A stretch of DNA of 64,000 bases from Candidatus Sulfotelmatobacter sp. (GTDB lineage: Bacteria; Acidobacteriota; Terriglobia; Terriglobales; Acidobacteriaceae), in NCBI GenBank assembly GCA_036513255.1, contig DATBZH010000037.1:15542-79541 (forward strand). The letters run 5' to 3'. Each line of letters opens with the position of its first letter. Positions within the stretch are counted from its first letter, which is position 1. This document shows positions 47,061 to 54,984 of the stretch, one piece after another. The notes under the pieces were generated by a model. It was not told where the DNA came from. It saw only the letters and a program-made list of their open reading frames with translations, and did no database searches. Position numbers and translations under genes: made by a program.

Positions 47061-47411
47061 AGTGCGCTCCTAAGAAATGAGTTTTTGGGAGGGGAGAAAG
47101 CGAACAGACCACGCTATCGTAGCGGGGGCCGGAGGCGGGGTCAATCAATATTAGAGACGAAATTTCTCATTAAAAGAAAGTTCGAAGGATCGTAATTGAT
47201 CTTCTAATCAAATCGATTGTTGCAGTCGGCGTTCTACGAAAATGCCGTTCGGAATCTCTTGGATGCGCTGTGGCCTTGTGAAACCATCGTCGACGGCAGA
47301 TTGGTTTTGAGTGGCGCAGCACATTGGGCGCTGCGATAATCGCCACGTCGGATGAGGCTTGGTCCAGGAAGCCGGCTTCACACTCTTCAAGAAACCCAGA
47401 TGGAGATCATT

Positions 47412-47882
47412 ATGAAATCTTCTTGCGTCTTGCATGTACTTCTCTTTGCTTTTGTAACGGCCAGTTTCGCCCAAAGTACGGGAACCATAAAGCCGTCTGG
47501 CTCCCTTGAGCAGACGCTGCGAGCCAGCGAGAGCAATCTGATTGCAGCAAAGCGAAAAGACGATGCGGTCTTTTTCAAGCGCACGCTGGCGGAGAATTTT
47601 TCTCTGGTTGGGGTCGACGGAAAGTTGTTGGAAGGTGCGGAAGCGAAGGATAACCTGGGCGATTCCGATCTGGTGGAACTAACGCCCTACGACATGAAAG
47701 TGGTCGCTGCCAGCGACGACGTGGCCATCGTCACGTACGACGCAATCGTGCGCCAGGCTCCGCAGGAAGACCAGGGATCTCCGCCGCGTTATCAACATTT
47801 CAGTTCGGTGTGGGTGAAGCAGGGCGGGCAGTGGAAGCTGGAGTTTCACCAGGCAACGGCGGCGCATTGGGGAGACTGGTAG
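47412..47882 (+). CDS. secreted DUF4440 / SnoaL-like (NTF2 fold) protein
   Basis: GGAGA lies upstream of the ATG at 47412. The signal peptide is MKSSCVLHVLLFAFVTASFAQ. The C-terminal FSSVWVKQGGQWKLEFHQAT is typical of DUF4440. Confidence 0.6.
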   Translation: MKSSCVLHVLLFAFVTASFAQSTGTIKPSGSLEQTLRASESNLIAAKRKDDAVFFKRTLAENFSLVGVDGKLLEGAEAKDNLGDSDLVELTPYDMKVVAASDDVAIVTYDAIVRQAPQEDQGSPPRYQHFSSVWVKQGGQWKLEFHQATAAHWGDW

Positions 47883-48004
47883 GAAGCCCGGCGTTTGCTA
47901 TCCAATTTTCATGCGGCAGTAAACATCCGGTTGACGGCCACGCTGCGCCCCCCTTACTATTTGCTCCTGTTTAATCGATCGGAGTTGTGCTCAGGAGACA
48001 ACAC

Positions 48005-48532
48005 ATGAAGCGGATAGCAATCGTGGTGGCGGGATTTCTGCTTTGCGCAGCCGCGGCACTGGCCCAGATGGAAGCCCCCAAGCCGGGTCCGGAGCTCAAG
48101 AAACTCGACATGTTTACTGGTTCTTGGACTCTGGATGGCGACATGAAGCCGGGTGCGATGGGCCCTGGCGGCAAGACCACCGAGGATCAAAAGTGCTCGT
48201 GGATGGAGGGCGGCTTCTACCTGATCTGCCATTTCGACTACAAAACCTCCATGGGAAACGGCGTGGGCCTCGCGGTGATGGGATATTCCACCGAAGACAA
48301 AACTTACACCTACCGCGAGTTCAATAGCCAGGGCGAATTCGACGACTCCAAGGGTACGCTCGATGGCGATAACTGGAGTTGGACGAACGATATGAAGATG
48401 GGCGCCATTACCATGAAAGGCAAGTACACGATGAAGATTCTTTCTCCCACGTCCTACAACTTCGCCTATGAGGTATCGCAGGACGGCACAAAGTGGACGC
48501 CGGTGATGGACGGCAAGGCGACGAAGAAGTAG
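48005..48532 (+). CDS. secreted DUF1579 family protein
   Basis: AGGAGA lies 7 nt upstream of the ATG at 48005. PKPGPELKKLDMFTGSWTLDGDMKPG is the DUF1579 N-terminal signature. Confidence 0.65.
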   Translation: MKRIAIVVAGFLLCAAAALAQMEAPKPGPELKKLDMFTGSWTLDGDMKPGAMGPGGKTTEDQKCSWMEGGFYLICHFDYKTSMGNGVGLAVMGYSTEDKTYTYREFNSQGEFDDSKGTLDGDNWSWTNDMKMGAITMKGKYTMKILSPTSYNFAYEVSQDGTKWTPVMDGKATKK

Positions 48533-48620
48533 GCCGATTCAAGCAGCCAACTGAACCGCCATCGTCCCCTGAATTTACCGGCCCACGCACCCGCCTAGTA
48601 ATCGCGGCCGGGTCGCGAGA

Positions 48621-49313
48621 CTATTTTGCTCCACGCGCGAGAGCGCCCAGATTTCCCGATTGCGCATTGCTGACGGCCGCTCCGTGAAGTTCGCCTTCGA
48701 TAATCTTCGTGTTCGGAATCGTCTCGTAGGCGTAGCCGGTAAGGATGCTGGGCCCGTGCAGATCATTTATGCTCAACCGCGCCCAGCCATAATGGGTCTG
48801 CCCATTGATCGTGAACCTCAGGCCAAGATACCGGTTCGTGGAATGCGCCCACGGTCCATTCGACCACGAGTAAGGACCGTAGGCTCCGGCAGCGATCATA
48901 ACGTTGCCGTAGCTCGGCGTTCCGTCCCCGGTAAGAAATTTCTCGCCCGGCCCAACGGGAACCCCAAAAAATCCTGCCGCCACTTCAGACGCAATCGCCC
49001 CGCCCGGCCGAAAGCCATTCCCGGCGGCCAGGGGATTCAGGACGATACAGTTGGAATGTGACGACCCACATTGACGCCTAAGAACTTCAAAATCAGGGAT
49101 GCCGTCATTGTTAAGATCGATCGTGACCTTGCCGGTATCCTGGAACGAGACGTTCGCCGGAGTGTAGACAACTTCGCCCTCAGCAACTTTCGGCGCAGCC
49201 AACATGCCGATACCGGCAGCGCTGGCCACGGCCACGTAGGCAGCCAGGCGCCGGTCGAGTTTCGCGTTGATGGGTGATGGCGTGCGACGGGAAACGACTT
49301 TAGGCTGAGTCAT
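48621..49313 (-). CDS. secreted hypothetical protein
   Basis: 230 aa. It has an N-terminal RR-containing leader and hydrophobic segment, and a Gly-rich beta-type sequence with HYGWARLS. No family name could be assigned. Confidence 0.5.
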   Translation of the reverse strand: MTQPKVVSRRTPSPINAKLDRRLAAYVAVASAAGIGMLAAPKVAEGEVVYTPANVSFQDTGKVTIDLNNDGIPDFEVLRRQCGSSHSNCIVLNPLAAGNGFRPGGAIASEVAAGFFGVPVGPGEKFLTGDGTPSYGNVMIAAGAYGPYSWSNGPWAHSTNRYLGLRFTINGQTHYGWARLSINDLHGPSILTGYAYETIPNTKIIEGELHGAAVSNAQSGNLGALARGAK

Positions 49314-49442
49314 TTTTTAATTCCTCGCTCAAGGTTCGATAACTGCAGGGCCGAGTGGGAGTTGCGTGCGCCGAGTCCCACTGAAAGCGAAGAGAATTGT
49401 GTCACCTGCGGAAAAGCGCGTCAATCGCCCTTTTGGGGGGTC

Positions 49443-49450
49443 ATTTTTCG
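49443..49450. repeat. target-site duplication, left copy (ATTTTTCG)
   Basis: An identical octamer lies at 52203-52210, immediately outside the two terminal inverted repeats. Confidence 0.8.
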
Positions 49451-49473
49451 GGTAATAATATACTTGACTGACT
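49451..49473. repeat. terminal inverted repeat, left
   Basis: GGTAATAATATACTTGACTGACT is the exact reverse complement of 52180-52202. Confidence 0.9.
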
Positions 49474-49538
49474 GGAGATGATAATGGAAACTGAAAAGGC
49501 CGTGACAGGGCAGGCTGAGGACCGCGAAGAGCGGATTC

Positions 49539-49826
49539 TTAATTTGATTTACCGGGCGGGAGAGGGTCTGTTAAAAGGGCTTCAAACCCCGCTAGTTTTC
49601 CCGCCTCCAGAAGGTTCGCCCGCATTTGAGCATACGCTTCGCGAGATCGTCTCTGACGTTCAGGATCGGCTTGTGCATCGTCCGAAATCCGCTTTATCTG
49701 TTGCGGAGTAAACCCAGCCTTGAACAGAGTTTCGCCGAATGCGTCTCTGTCTATCCACATGCGCTCTAACTGATCGGCGATCTTGCTTAGGAGAACAGCA
49801 ACGGCCTGTAGCGAAGGCGACGACAT
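49539..49826 (-). CDS. cargo gene 3: small helical hypothetical protein
   Basis: 95 aa from MSSPSLQAVAVLLSKIADQLERMW. The start lies 11 nt after the stop of the 2-TM gene. A +strand ORF (49484-49711) overlaps it and cannot be excluded. Confidence 0.45.
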   Translation of the reverse strand: MSSPSLQAVAVLLSKIADQLERMWIDRDAFGETLFKAGFTPQQIKRISDDAQADPERQRRSREAYAQMRANLLEAGKLAGFEALLTDPLPPGKSN

Positions 49827-49837
49827 AGCGCCGCGAA

Positions 49838-50050
49838 TTATACGCCGTTGCGGAGCGCGGAAAACAATCTCCACGCGACAAAAGCAAATAGAAGCCACAA
49901 AAAACCTACAAACAGATCGAAGCCTGTAGCTTGGTTATTGACGGGAGAAATGAAACCCAAGGTACCGTGGAGCACGGTTGGTAGCCACAATATAAGCACA
50001 AGCAAAAATCCAGCAATGGCTCGGCCTCTACTTTTCGATTCTTTAGGCAT
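49838..50050 (-). CDS. cargo gene 2: small 2-TM membrane protein
   Basis: 70 aa with two hydrophobic helices (AIAGFLLVLILWLPTVL; LFVGFLWLLFAFVAWRLF). The start lies 6 nt after the DUF3800-like stop. Confidence 0.55.
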   Translation of the reverse strand: MPKESKSRGRAIAGFLLVLILWLPTVLHGTLGFISPVNNQATGFDLFVGFLWLLFAFVAWRLFSALRNGV

Positions 50051-50056
50051 AATGGC

Positions 50057-50869
50057 TCAAAGTTCCCCCGCTTTTTCGAGATAATCCAGCATCTCATGCA
50101 CGTTCTTTAATTCTGGTATTTCCCCGTCGTCAGCTTCCTCTTTTTGGCTTGCGAACTGTTCGCATCTCTTTCGAGTCCAGATTGAGCCGAGAGTTCGCAC
50201 ATGGTCTAAATCCTGGAATTGTTCCTTCGGCAAATCTGGGCGGAACGGCTCCTTGCTCATTCGCTCCGCGAATAATCGCCTGATATACCACGATTGGGCA
50301 TCCGCAGCTTGGAGCGGCAGGAATTGCAGGTCATCCTCAAACTTCGGCGAGGGCGCTATAAGGTGCCTGAGTTCCGGCGGCAGCATCTTATGGGTCAGTT
50401 GATACCAGCGCGGAACCTTCGCCGCCAGTCGCGGGTTATTGTCGAAGATAAAGTCCACGGTGTCTTCCGATTTTAGTGCGATCTGATTCCATAGAATCTT
50501 CATCACGATGTCGAAGAGGGCGAGGAAGTACGGATCGTCAAACTCACGGTGGACTTTGCCTTTGATGTGCGCCTTGTAGAGATCAATAGGCACCACGGAA
50601 ACCACGGAGGCGTGAGCGGCCATCCGAATCAGTGAGAAGAATTTCTTGATGCGCTCATTTCGGGCAGTCGCCTTCATTCCGCCGAACTGCTCGCTGCGGG
50701 TCGCCGCTTCGCGCATTTTGAAATATTTGAGCGACGGAGGTTCGTCGAGCAAACCTTGCCAATGGTCGGAAAAATCCTCCCACCAATCTAGGCGGCTAAC
50801 GTAGCCGGATAATACGAAGACGGGCTTCCCGGTGCCACTGTCATCGACAAAGGCTTGGAACGTGGTCAC
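50057..50869 (-). CDS. cargo gene 1: DUF3800-like protein
   Basis: FQAFVDDSGTGKPVFVLSGYV near the N-terminus resembles the DUF3800 D-x-S-G start motif. The GTG at 50869 follows GAGGA. The ORF-track ATG at 51001 would add about 45 aa and overlap the divergent small ORF. Confidence 0.6.
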   Translation of the reverse strand: MTTFQAFVDDSGTGKPVFVLSGYVSRLDWWEDFSDHWQGLLDEPPSLKYFKMREAATRSEQFGGMKATARNERIKKFFSLIRMAAHASVVSVVPIDLYKAHIKGKVHREFDDPYFLALFDIVMKILWNQIALKSEDTVDFIFDNNPRLAAKVPRWYQLTHKMLPPELRHLIAPSPKFEDDLQFLPLQAADAQSWYIRRLFAERMSKEPFRPDLPKEQFQDLDHVRTLGSIWTRKRCEQFASQKEEADDGEIPELKNVHEMLDYLEKAGEL

Positions 50870-50985
50870 CCTGCGCGATCCTCTCTTGTGCTGAGGAAGA
50901 CCAGAAACCAGCGCTCGCAGTCTCTCGCTGGGAGTTTGACTTTCGACGCACACTGCGACTACCCTGCTTTCTAGGTAGCCCCAGA

Positions 50986-51174
50986 GTGAGCCAGAAGCCA
51001 ACGCGCCCGACGCAATCCGCCAAGAATGTCACAGGCGATTTTGGCAAGTTCACGGATTTTATGCGGAAACTTGTAGCCGTTCCGCATTCGGAAATCAAAG
51101 CTAAACTCGACGCCGAAAAACTGGAGAAGAAGCGGAAACGCGCTTCTTCCCGCGCTTCCCACGGTAAGGATTAG
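50986..51174 (+). CDS. small basic hypothetical protein inside the element
   Basis: 62 aa with a Lys-rich C-terminus (KAKLDAEKLEKKRKRASSR). It converges on the transposase stop. Weak call. Confidence 0.35.
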   Translation: MSQKPTRPTQSAKNVTGDFGKFTDFMRKLVAVPHSEIKAKLDAEKLEKKRKRASSRASHGKD

Positions 51175-52154
51175 AACGGCGTTTCACCCACCTTGCCAGT
51201 TACCTCAGCGAAGGTTAACCGCTTCCCTACAATCTGCGATAAGACTAGGCCGAATCGTTCTGCATCGGTCAGTTTGCGTCCGTTTTCATCCTTGCGGTTA
51301 TTGTAGCGGAACATTTGCTCATCCAAGTAACGCGAGAGATGGAACGGCTCTACAGCAACGTAGGTTCCATTCAATCCACGCTTGAGCAGGCTCCAGAAGT
51401 TCTCCAGTCCGTTTGTGTGGACTCGCCCGCGAACGTATTCCTTGGTGTGGTTCACAATCTCATGCACGTAGTTTTTCTGGCCTAGAGTCCGGTACGCTCC
51501 AGCTTCATCGGTGTAGACGTTGGAATCTTCCGCCACATGCTTGAGCACTTGGGCCTGTAGTGTGGCGCGGGAAGTGTTCGGCACAATGGCAGTCCGCACC
51601 TTACGCTGTTCGCGGTCAAGGAAACCCATCACGATAGTCTTGCTGGCGTTCGGGTCGCCGCCTTCCTTGGTCATCTTGACTCGCTTCCGCATGTGCATAT
51701 TTTTCATCTTCCCGCCGATGTATGCCTCATCGACTTCGACTTCGCTGTTCTCGCCGCCGCCGAACTTCTGGAAAGAGCCTGTCTGCATTGCGAGTCTGAT
51801 TCGGTGCATCATGAACCAAGCGGACTTCTGAGTTACGCCCAGAGCGCGGTGAATCTCGTAAGACGAAATCCCATTTCGGCAGCTTGCCAGCAACCAAGTA
51901 GCAGGAAGCCATTTCTCCAGCGGGATCGGCGAGTCCTCAAACACGGTGCCAATCTTGAGTGAGAACTTTTGCTTGGGGTGCTTTTCGTAGCAGCGATAGA
52001 GCCGCGCTTTCTCAAGGTAGGTTACCTTTTCGGATTCGCAGTAAGGGCAGCGAACTTTGCCATCTGCCCAGCGCACGGCGATCATGAATTGACGGCAGTT
52101 CTCATACACCGCAAAGAACTTAATGGCGTCTTGGAGTGTCTGTGGGCCTTTCAT
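51171..52154 (-). CDS. IS1595 family (ISXO2-like) DDE transposase
   Basis: 327 aa. The N-terminal zinc ribbon is CPYCESEKVTYLEKARLYRC. The HTH region is GISSYEIHRALGVTQKSAWFMMHRIR. The catalytic candidates are VEVDEAYIGG, VYTDEAGAY and NGLENFWSLLKR. Confidence 0.9.
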   Translation of the reverse strand: MKGPQTLQDAIKFFAVYENCRQFMIAVRWADGKVRCPYCESEKVTYLEKARLYRCYEKHPKQKFSLKIGTVFEDSPIPLEKWLPATWLLASCRNGISSYEIHRALGVTQKSAWFMMHRIRLAMQTGSFQKFGGGENSEVEVDEAYIGGKMKNMHMRKRVKMTKEGGDPNASKTIVMGFLDREQRKVRTAIVPNTSRATLQAQVLKHVAEDSNVYTDEAGAYRTLGQKNYVHEIVNHTKEYVRGRVHTNGLENFWSLLKRGLNGTYVAVEPFHLSRYLDEQMFRYNNRKDENGRKLTDAERFGLVLSQIVGKRLTFAEVTGKVGETPF

Positions 52155-52160
52155 GCACCC

Positions 52161-52189
52161 ACATTAGCAAAATATCGTTAGTCAGTCAA
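52161..52189 (-). promoter_or_regulatory. candidate transposase promoter partly inside the right inverted repeat
   Basis: On the minus strand: TTGACT (52189-52184), a 17-nt spacer, then TAATGT (52166-52161). Only 6 nt separate the -10 from the A of the transposase ATG, which suggests a leaderless or near-leaderless mRNA. Confidence 0.45.
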
Positions 52190-52202
52190 GTATATTATTA
52201 CC
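52180..52202. repeat. terminal inverted repeat, right
   Basis: AGTCAGTCAAGTATATTATTACC is the exact reverse complement of 49451-49473. Confidence 0.9.
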
Positions 52203-52210
52203 ATTTTTCG
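52203..52210. repeat. target-site duplication, right copy (ATTTTTCG)
   Basis: See 49443-49450. Confidence 0.8.
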
Positions 52211-52381
52211 CGATTGACTGGGAGTTTAGACGTTCCCGGTATTCCATCTCTGGGACGAATAACTCCCGTCGATAAGTTCGAGGCGACGATGCCGTACTCA
52301 CGGTTGCCGCAGGAACTACGGCCATACATTTATAATCTTCCATTCAGCTATCCATCACATTCCTCACGGTAAGGAAATATT

Positions 52382-54943
52382 TTGCTCGATTATCTAGGCG
52401 ATTTAAGACGGACTCACATGTGCGGAGCCTTACGCGCTGCTGATGCTGGCAAGAAAACAGTGCTCATGGGCTGGGTCAACCGCCGCCGTGACCACGGCAA
52501 TCTTCTCTTTATCGACCTCCGTGACCGCACGGGACTGACCCAGGTCGTCATCAATGCCGAGCGCGATGCTGCCATCCACGAAAAAGCCGGAAGTCTGCGC
52601 AACGAATACGTGATTGCCGTAATCGGCACGGTGAAACTGCGCGAGGCGAACACGGTCAACCCGAACATGCCCACTGGTGAAGTGGAACTGGTCGCCGAAG
52701 AGTTGCGTATTCTCAACGAATCCAAACTGCCCCCATTCCTGCCCTCGGATACGGCGCTTACCAACGAGGAGACGCGGCTTAAATATCGCTATATCGATCT
52801 GCGCCGCGACGTGATGCAGTTCAACATCGAGACGCGCCACAAAGTCGCGAAAGCAATCCGCGACTATCTTTCCGCGCAGGGATTCTTCGAAATCGAAACG
52901 CCTTTCATGACGCGCTCTACGCCGGAAGGCGCGCGTGACTATCTCGTGCCCAGCCGCGTTCAGCCTGGCACGTTTTACGCGCTGCCGCAGTCGCCGCAGT
53001 TGTTCAAGCAAATTTTGATGATCTCGGGGTTCGACAAATACTTCCAGATTGTCCGCTGCTTCCGCGACGAAGATTTGCGCGCCGACCGCCAACCCGAATT
53101 CACCCAGATCGATTTGGAAATGACGTATCCGCAGCCCGAACGTGTGTGGGAAGTAGTCGAAGGATTTCTAACGGCGGCCTTCGCCGCCGCCGGCTCTGTG
53201 ATCGAGACACCTTTCCCGCGCATGGATTATGACGAAGCAATCCGCCTTTACGGTATCGACAAGCCGGATCTCCGTCTTTCCGCCTTCACCGACGTGCGCG
53301 AATGTTTTGCTCCGGAAAATTTGCAGCAGTTGGCCGTGAATGCGAACTTGCCGGTGGTGGCCATTCGCATTCCGAAAGTCGGTGAGCTTTCCCGCGCCGA
53401 GCGCGACAGCATCAAGCCGCTGTTCATTTCCAAGGGCGGAGCCAAGATATTCGAAGACTTCAAGCGAATCGAAAAGAATTTCTCCGAAGCCGCCGCGAAA
53501 ATTTCTGCGAAGGTCGGGAGTGAGCCCGGAGATCTGATTGTGATTGTCGCAGGCTCGGCGCAAACCGGCGAACGGACGGCGCTCCCGGCGAATCGCAAAG
53601 TCAGTCCGCAGGAACTCTCAATCTACGCTTCGGCCGGATTGCTGCGCCTTGCTCTGGCACAGAAATATGCCGACAAGCATGGCATGTTCAAAAAGTCGGG
53701 CGACCCGCAAAAAGATTTCCGTTTCGTCTGGGTCACCAACTTCCCCATGTTCGAGTGGGATGAAGGCGAAAAGAGCTGGATGGCCGCTCATCATCCTTTT
53801 ACCTCGCCGCATGAAGAAGACATGACTTTGCTGGAAACGGGAGTTGACTCCGTTAACGACCGGCAATCGTCGCTGAGTGCGGTGCGCGCGCTGGCCTACG
53901 ACGTTGTGCTGAACGGCACGGAGCTCGGTTCAGGCTCCATCCGTATTCACCGCCAGGACGTGCAGAGCCGAATCTTCCGCGCACTGGGCATGACCGACGA
54001 AGAAGCCCGCTCTCGGTTCGGATTTTTTCTGGAAGCGCTGGAATACGGCACGCCTCCACATGGAGGCATCGCGCTGGGGCTGGACCGCATCGTCATGATC
54101 CTGACCGGAGCTGAGAGCCTGCGCGAAGTCATTCCGTTCCCCAAAACAGCTCGCGCCGTAGATTTGATGGTCGATGCGCCTAGCGATATTGGAATTGGCC
54201 AGGGTGATGAGTTAGAACTGCTCTCAGCTTGGCCAAGATTGTCCGAGCGCGAGAGGGCACTGGCAGGGTATTGCCAGAGCCTGTTGAAAATTGTAGACAG
54301 TCTCTTCTTCGATCGCCCCCTTAAATGGGAGACACACTTCCAGCAGGCGATGGCAATAAATCTCACAAAGGCGTACAACGATGCCCATGCTGCTGTGCAG
54401 CTTTCGAAAGCTGGATATGCCTTGCAGGCCGCTGCACTGTGCCGATCTATCGTGGAAGCAGCCGCCAATAGCGAATGGATTGCAGCGGAGCCTGAAGCCC
54501 GGGCGACGGCGTTTCTGAGGTCCGTTGGCCCCGAGGCGAAACGGTTGGCCGGCAAGATTCATCGGTCTGCACAGTCGAGAGAATCCCTCAATGCTTTGGA
54601 AAGAGCAAGCTCTCTCGCGGCAGATGCTGGATGGCCGAAGACAGTTCGGGAGCGTTTTCAGGGTTTAGGGGAGAACGCTGCTACATATGAGCTCGTTTTC
54701 AGTATGTTGTCGCAATTTGTACACCCCACGGCAGCCTCGGTAGCAGCGGTTACCAGATACGACGGCGGCGAACTAAGTTTCCGTATCGGTCCCAACGACG
54801 AATTCGTCGAGCTTGCGTTGGCAATAGTTTTCGACTTCCTGTCGAATGTCGTGCTCACCGCAACCAAAGCCTTCGACCTGCCCCAAGGGGCCGTCCTAGA
54901 TGCTCGGAATGGCTTTCAAAAATTGCAGGCAGCCCTTAAATAA
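52382..54943 (+). CDS. aspS: aspartate--tRNA ligase with an appended non-synthetase C-terminal domain of about 250 aa
   Basis: The start is TTG, after AAGGAAA. Residues 1 to about 602 are a complete bacterial-type AspRS: OB fold, motif 1/2/3 regions (FRDEDLRADRQPEFTQID, GSGSIRIH, GGIALGLDR) and the PFPKT...APS end. The ORF then runs on without a stop for another 251 codons. Confidence 0.9.
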   Translation: MLDYLGDLRRTHMCGALRAADAGKKTVLMGWVNRRRDHGNLLFIDLRDRTGLTQVVINAERDAAIHEKAGSLRNEYVIAVIGTVKLREANTVNPNMPTGEVELVAEELRILNESKLPPFLPSDTALTNEETRLKYRYIDLRRDVMQFNIETRHKVAKAIRDYLSAQGFFEIETPFMTRSTPEGARDYLVPSRVQPGTFYALPQSPQLFKQILMISGFDKYFQIVRCFRDEDLRADRQPEFTQIDLEMTYPQPERVWEVVEGFLTAAFAAAGSVIETPFPRMDYDEAIRLYGIDKPDLRLSAFTDVRECFAPENLQQLAVNANLPVVAIRIPKVGELSRAERDSIKPLFISKGGAKIFEDFKRIEKNFSEAAAKISAKVGSEPGDLIVIVAGSAQTGERTALPANRKVSPQELSIYASAGLLRLALAQKYADKHGMFKKSGDPQKDFRFVWVTNFPMFEWDEGEKSWMAAHHPFTSPHEEDMTLLETGVDSVNDRQSSLSAVRALAYDVVLNGTELGSGSIRIHRQDVQSRIFRALGMTDEEARSRFGFFLEALEYGTPPHGGIALGLDRIVMILTGAESLREVIPFPKTARAVDLMVDAPSDIGIGQGDELELLSAWPRLSERERALAGYCQSLLKIVDSLFFDRPLKWETHFQQAMAINLTKAYNDAHAAVQLSKAGYALQAAALCRSIVEAAANSEWIAAEPEARATAFLRSVGPEAKRLAGKIHRSAQSRESLNALERASSLAADAGWPKTVRERFQGLGENAATYELVFSMLSQFVHPTAASVAAVTRYDGGELSFRIGPNDEFVELALAIVFDFLSNVVLTATKAFDLPQGAVLDARNGFQKLQAALK

Positions 54944-54984
54944 TAAGCTTTCCGAGGCATCACATTGCAGCGGAACCCTTACCT

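Larger units (their letters stand above)
49451..52202. mobile_element. IS1595-family element carrying passenger genes (2752 bp)
   Basis: It has perfect 23-bp terminal inverted repeats, an 8-bp direct duplication, and an ISXO2-like DDE transposase at the right end. Confidence 0.85.

Noticed and set aside
49478-49711. 77-aa +strand ORF just inside the left inverted repeat (GGAG 7 nt before the ATG at 49484)
   Set aside because: It is not fully rejected. It overlaps the minus-strand 95-aa ORF, which I prefer because that ORF continues the tightly spaced cargo operon. Only conservation or expression data can decide between them.
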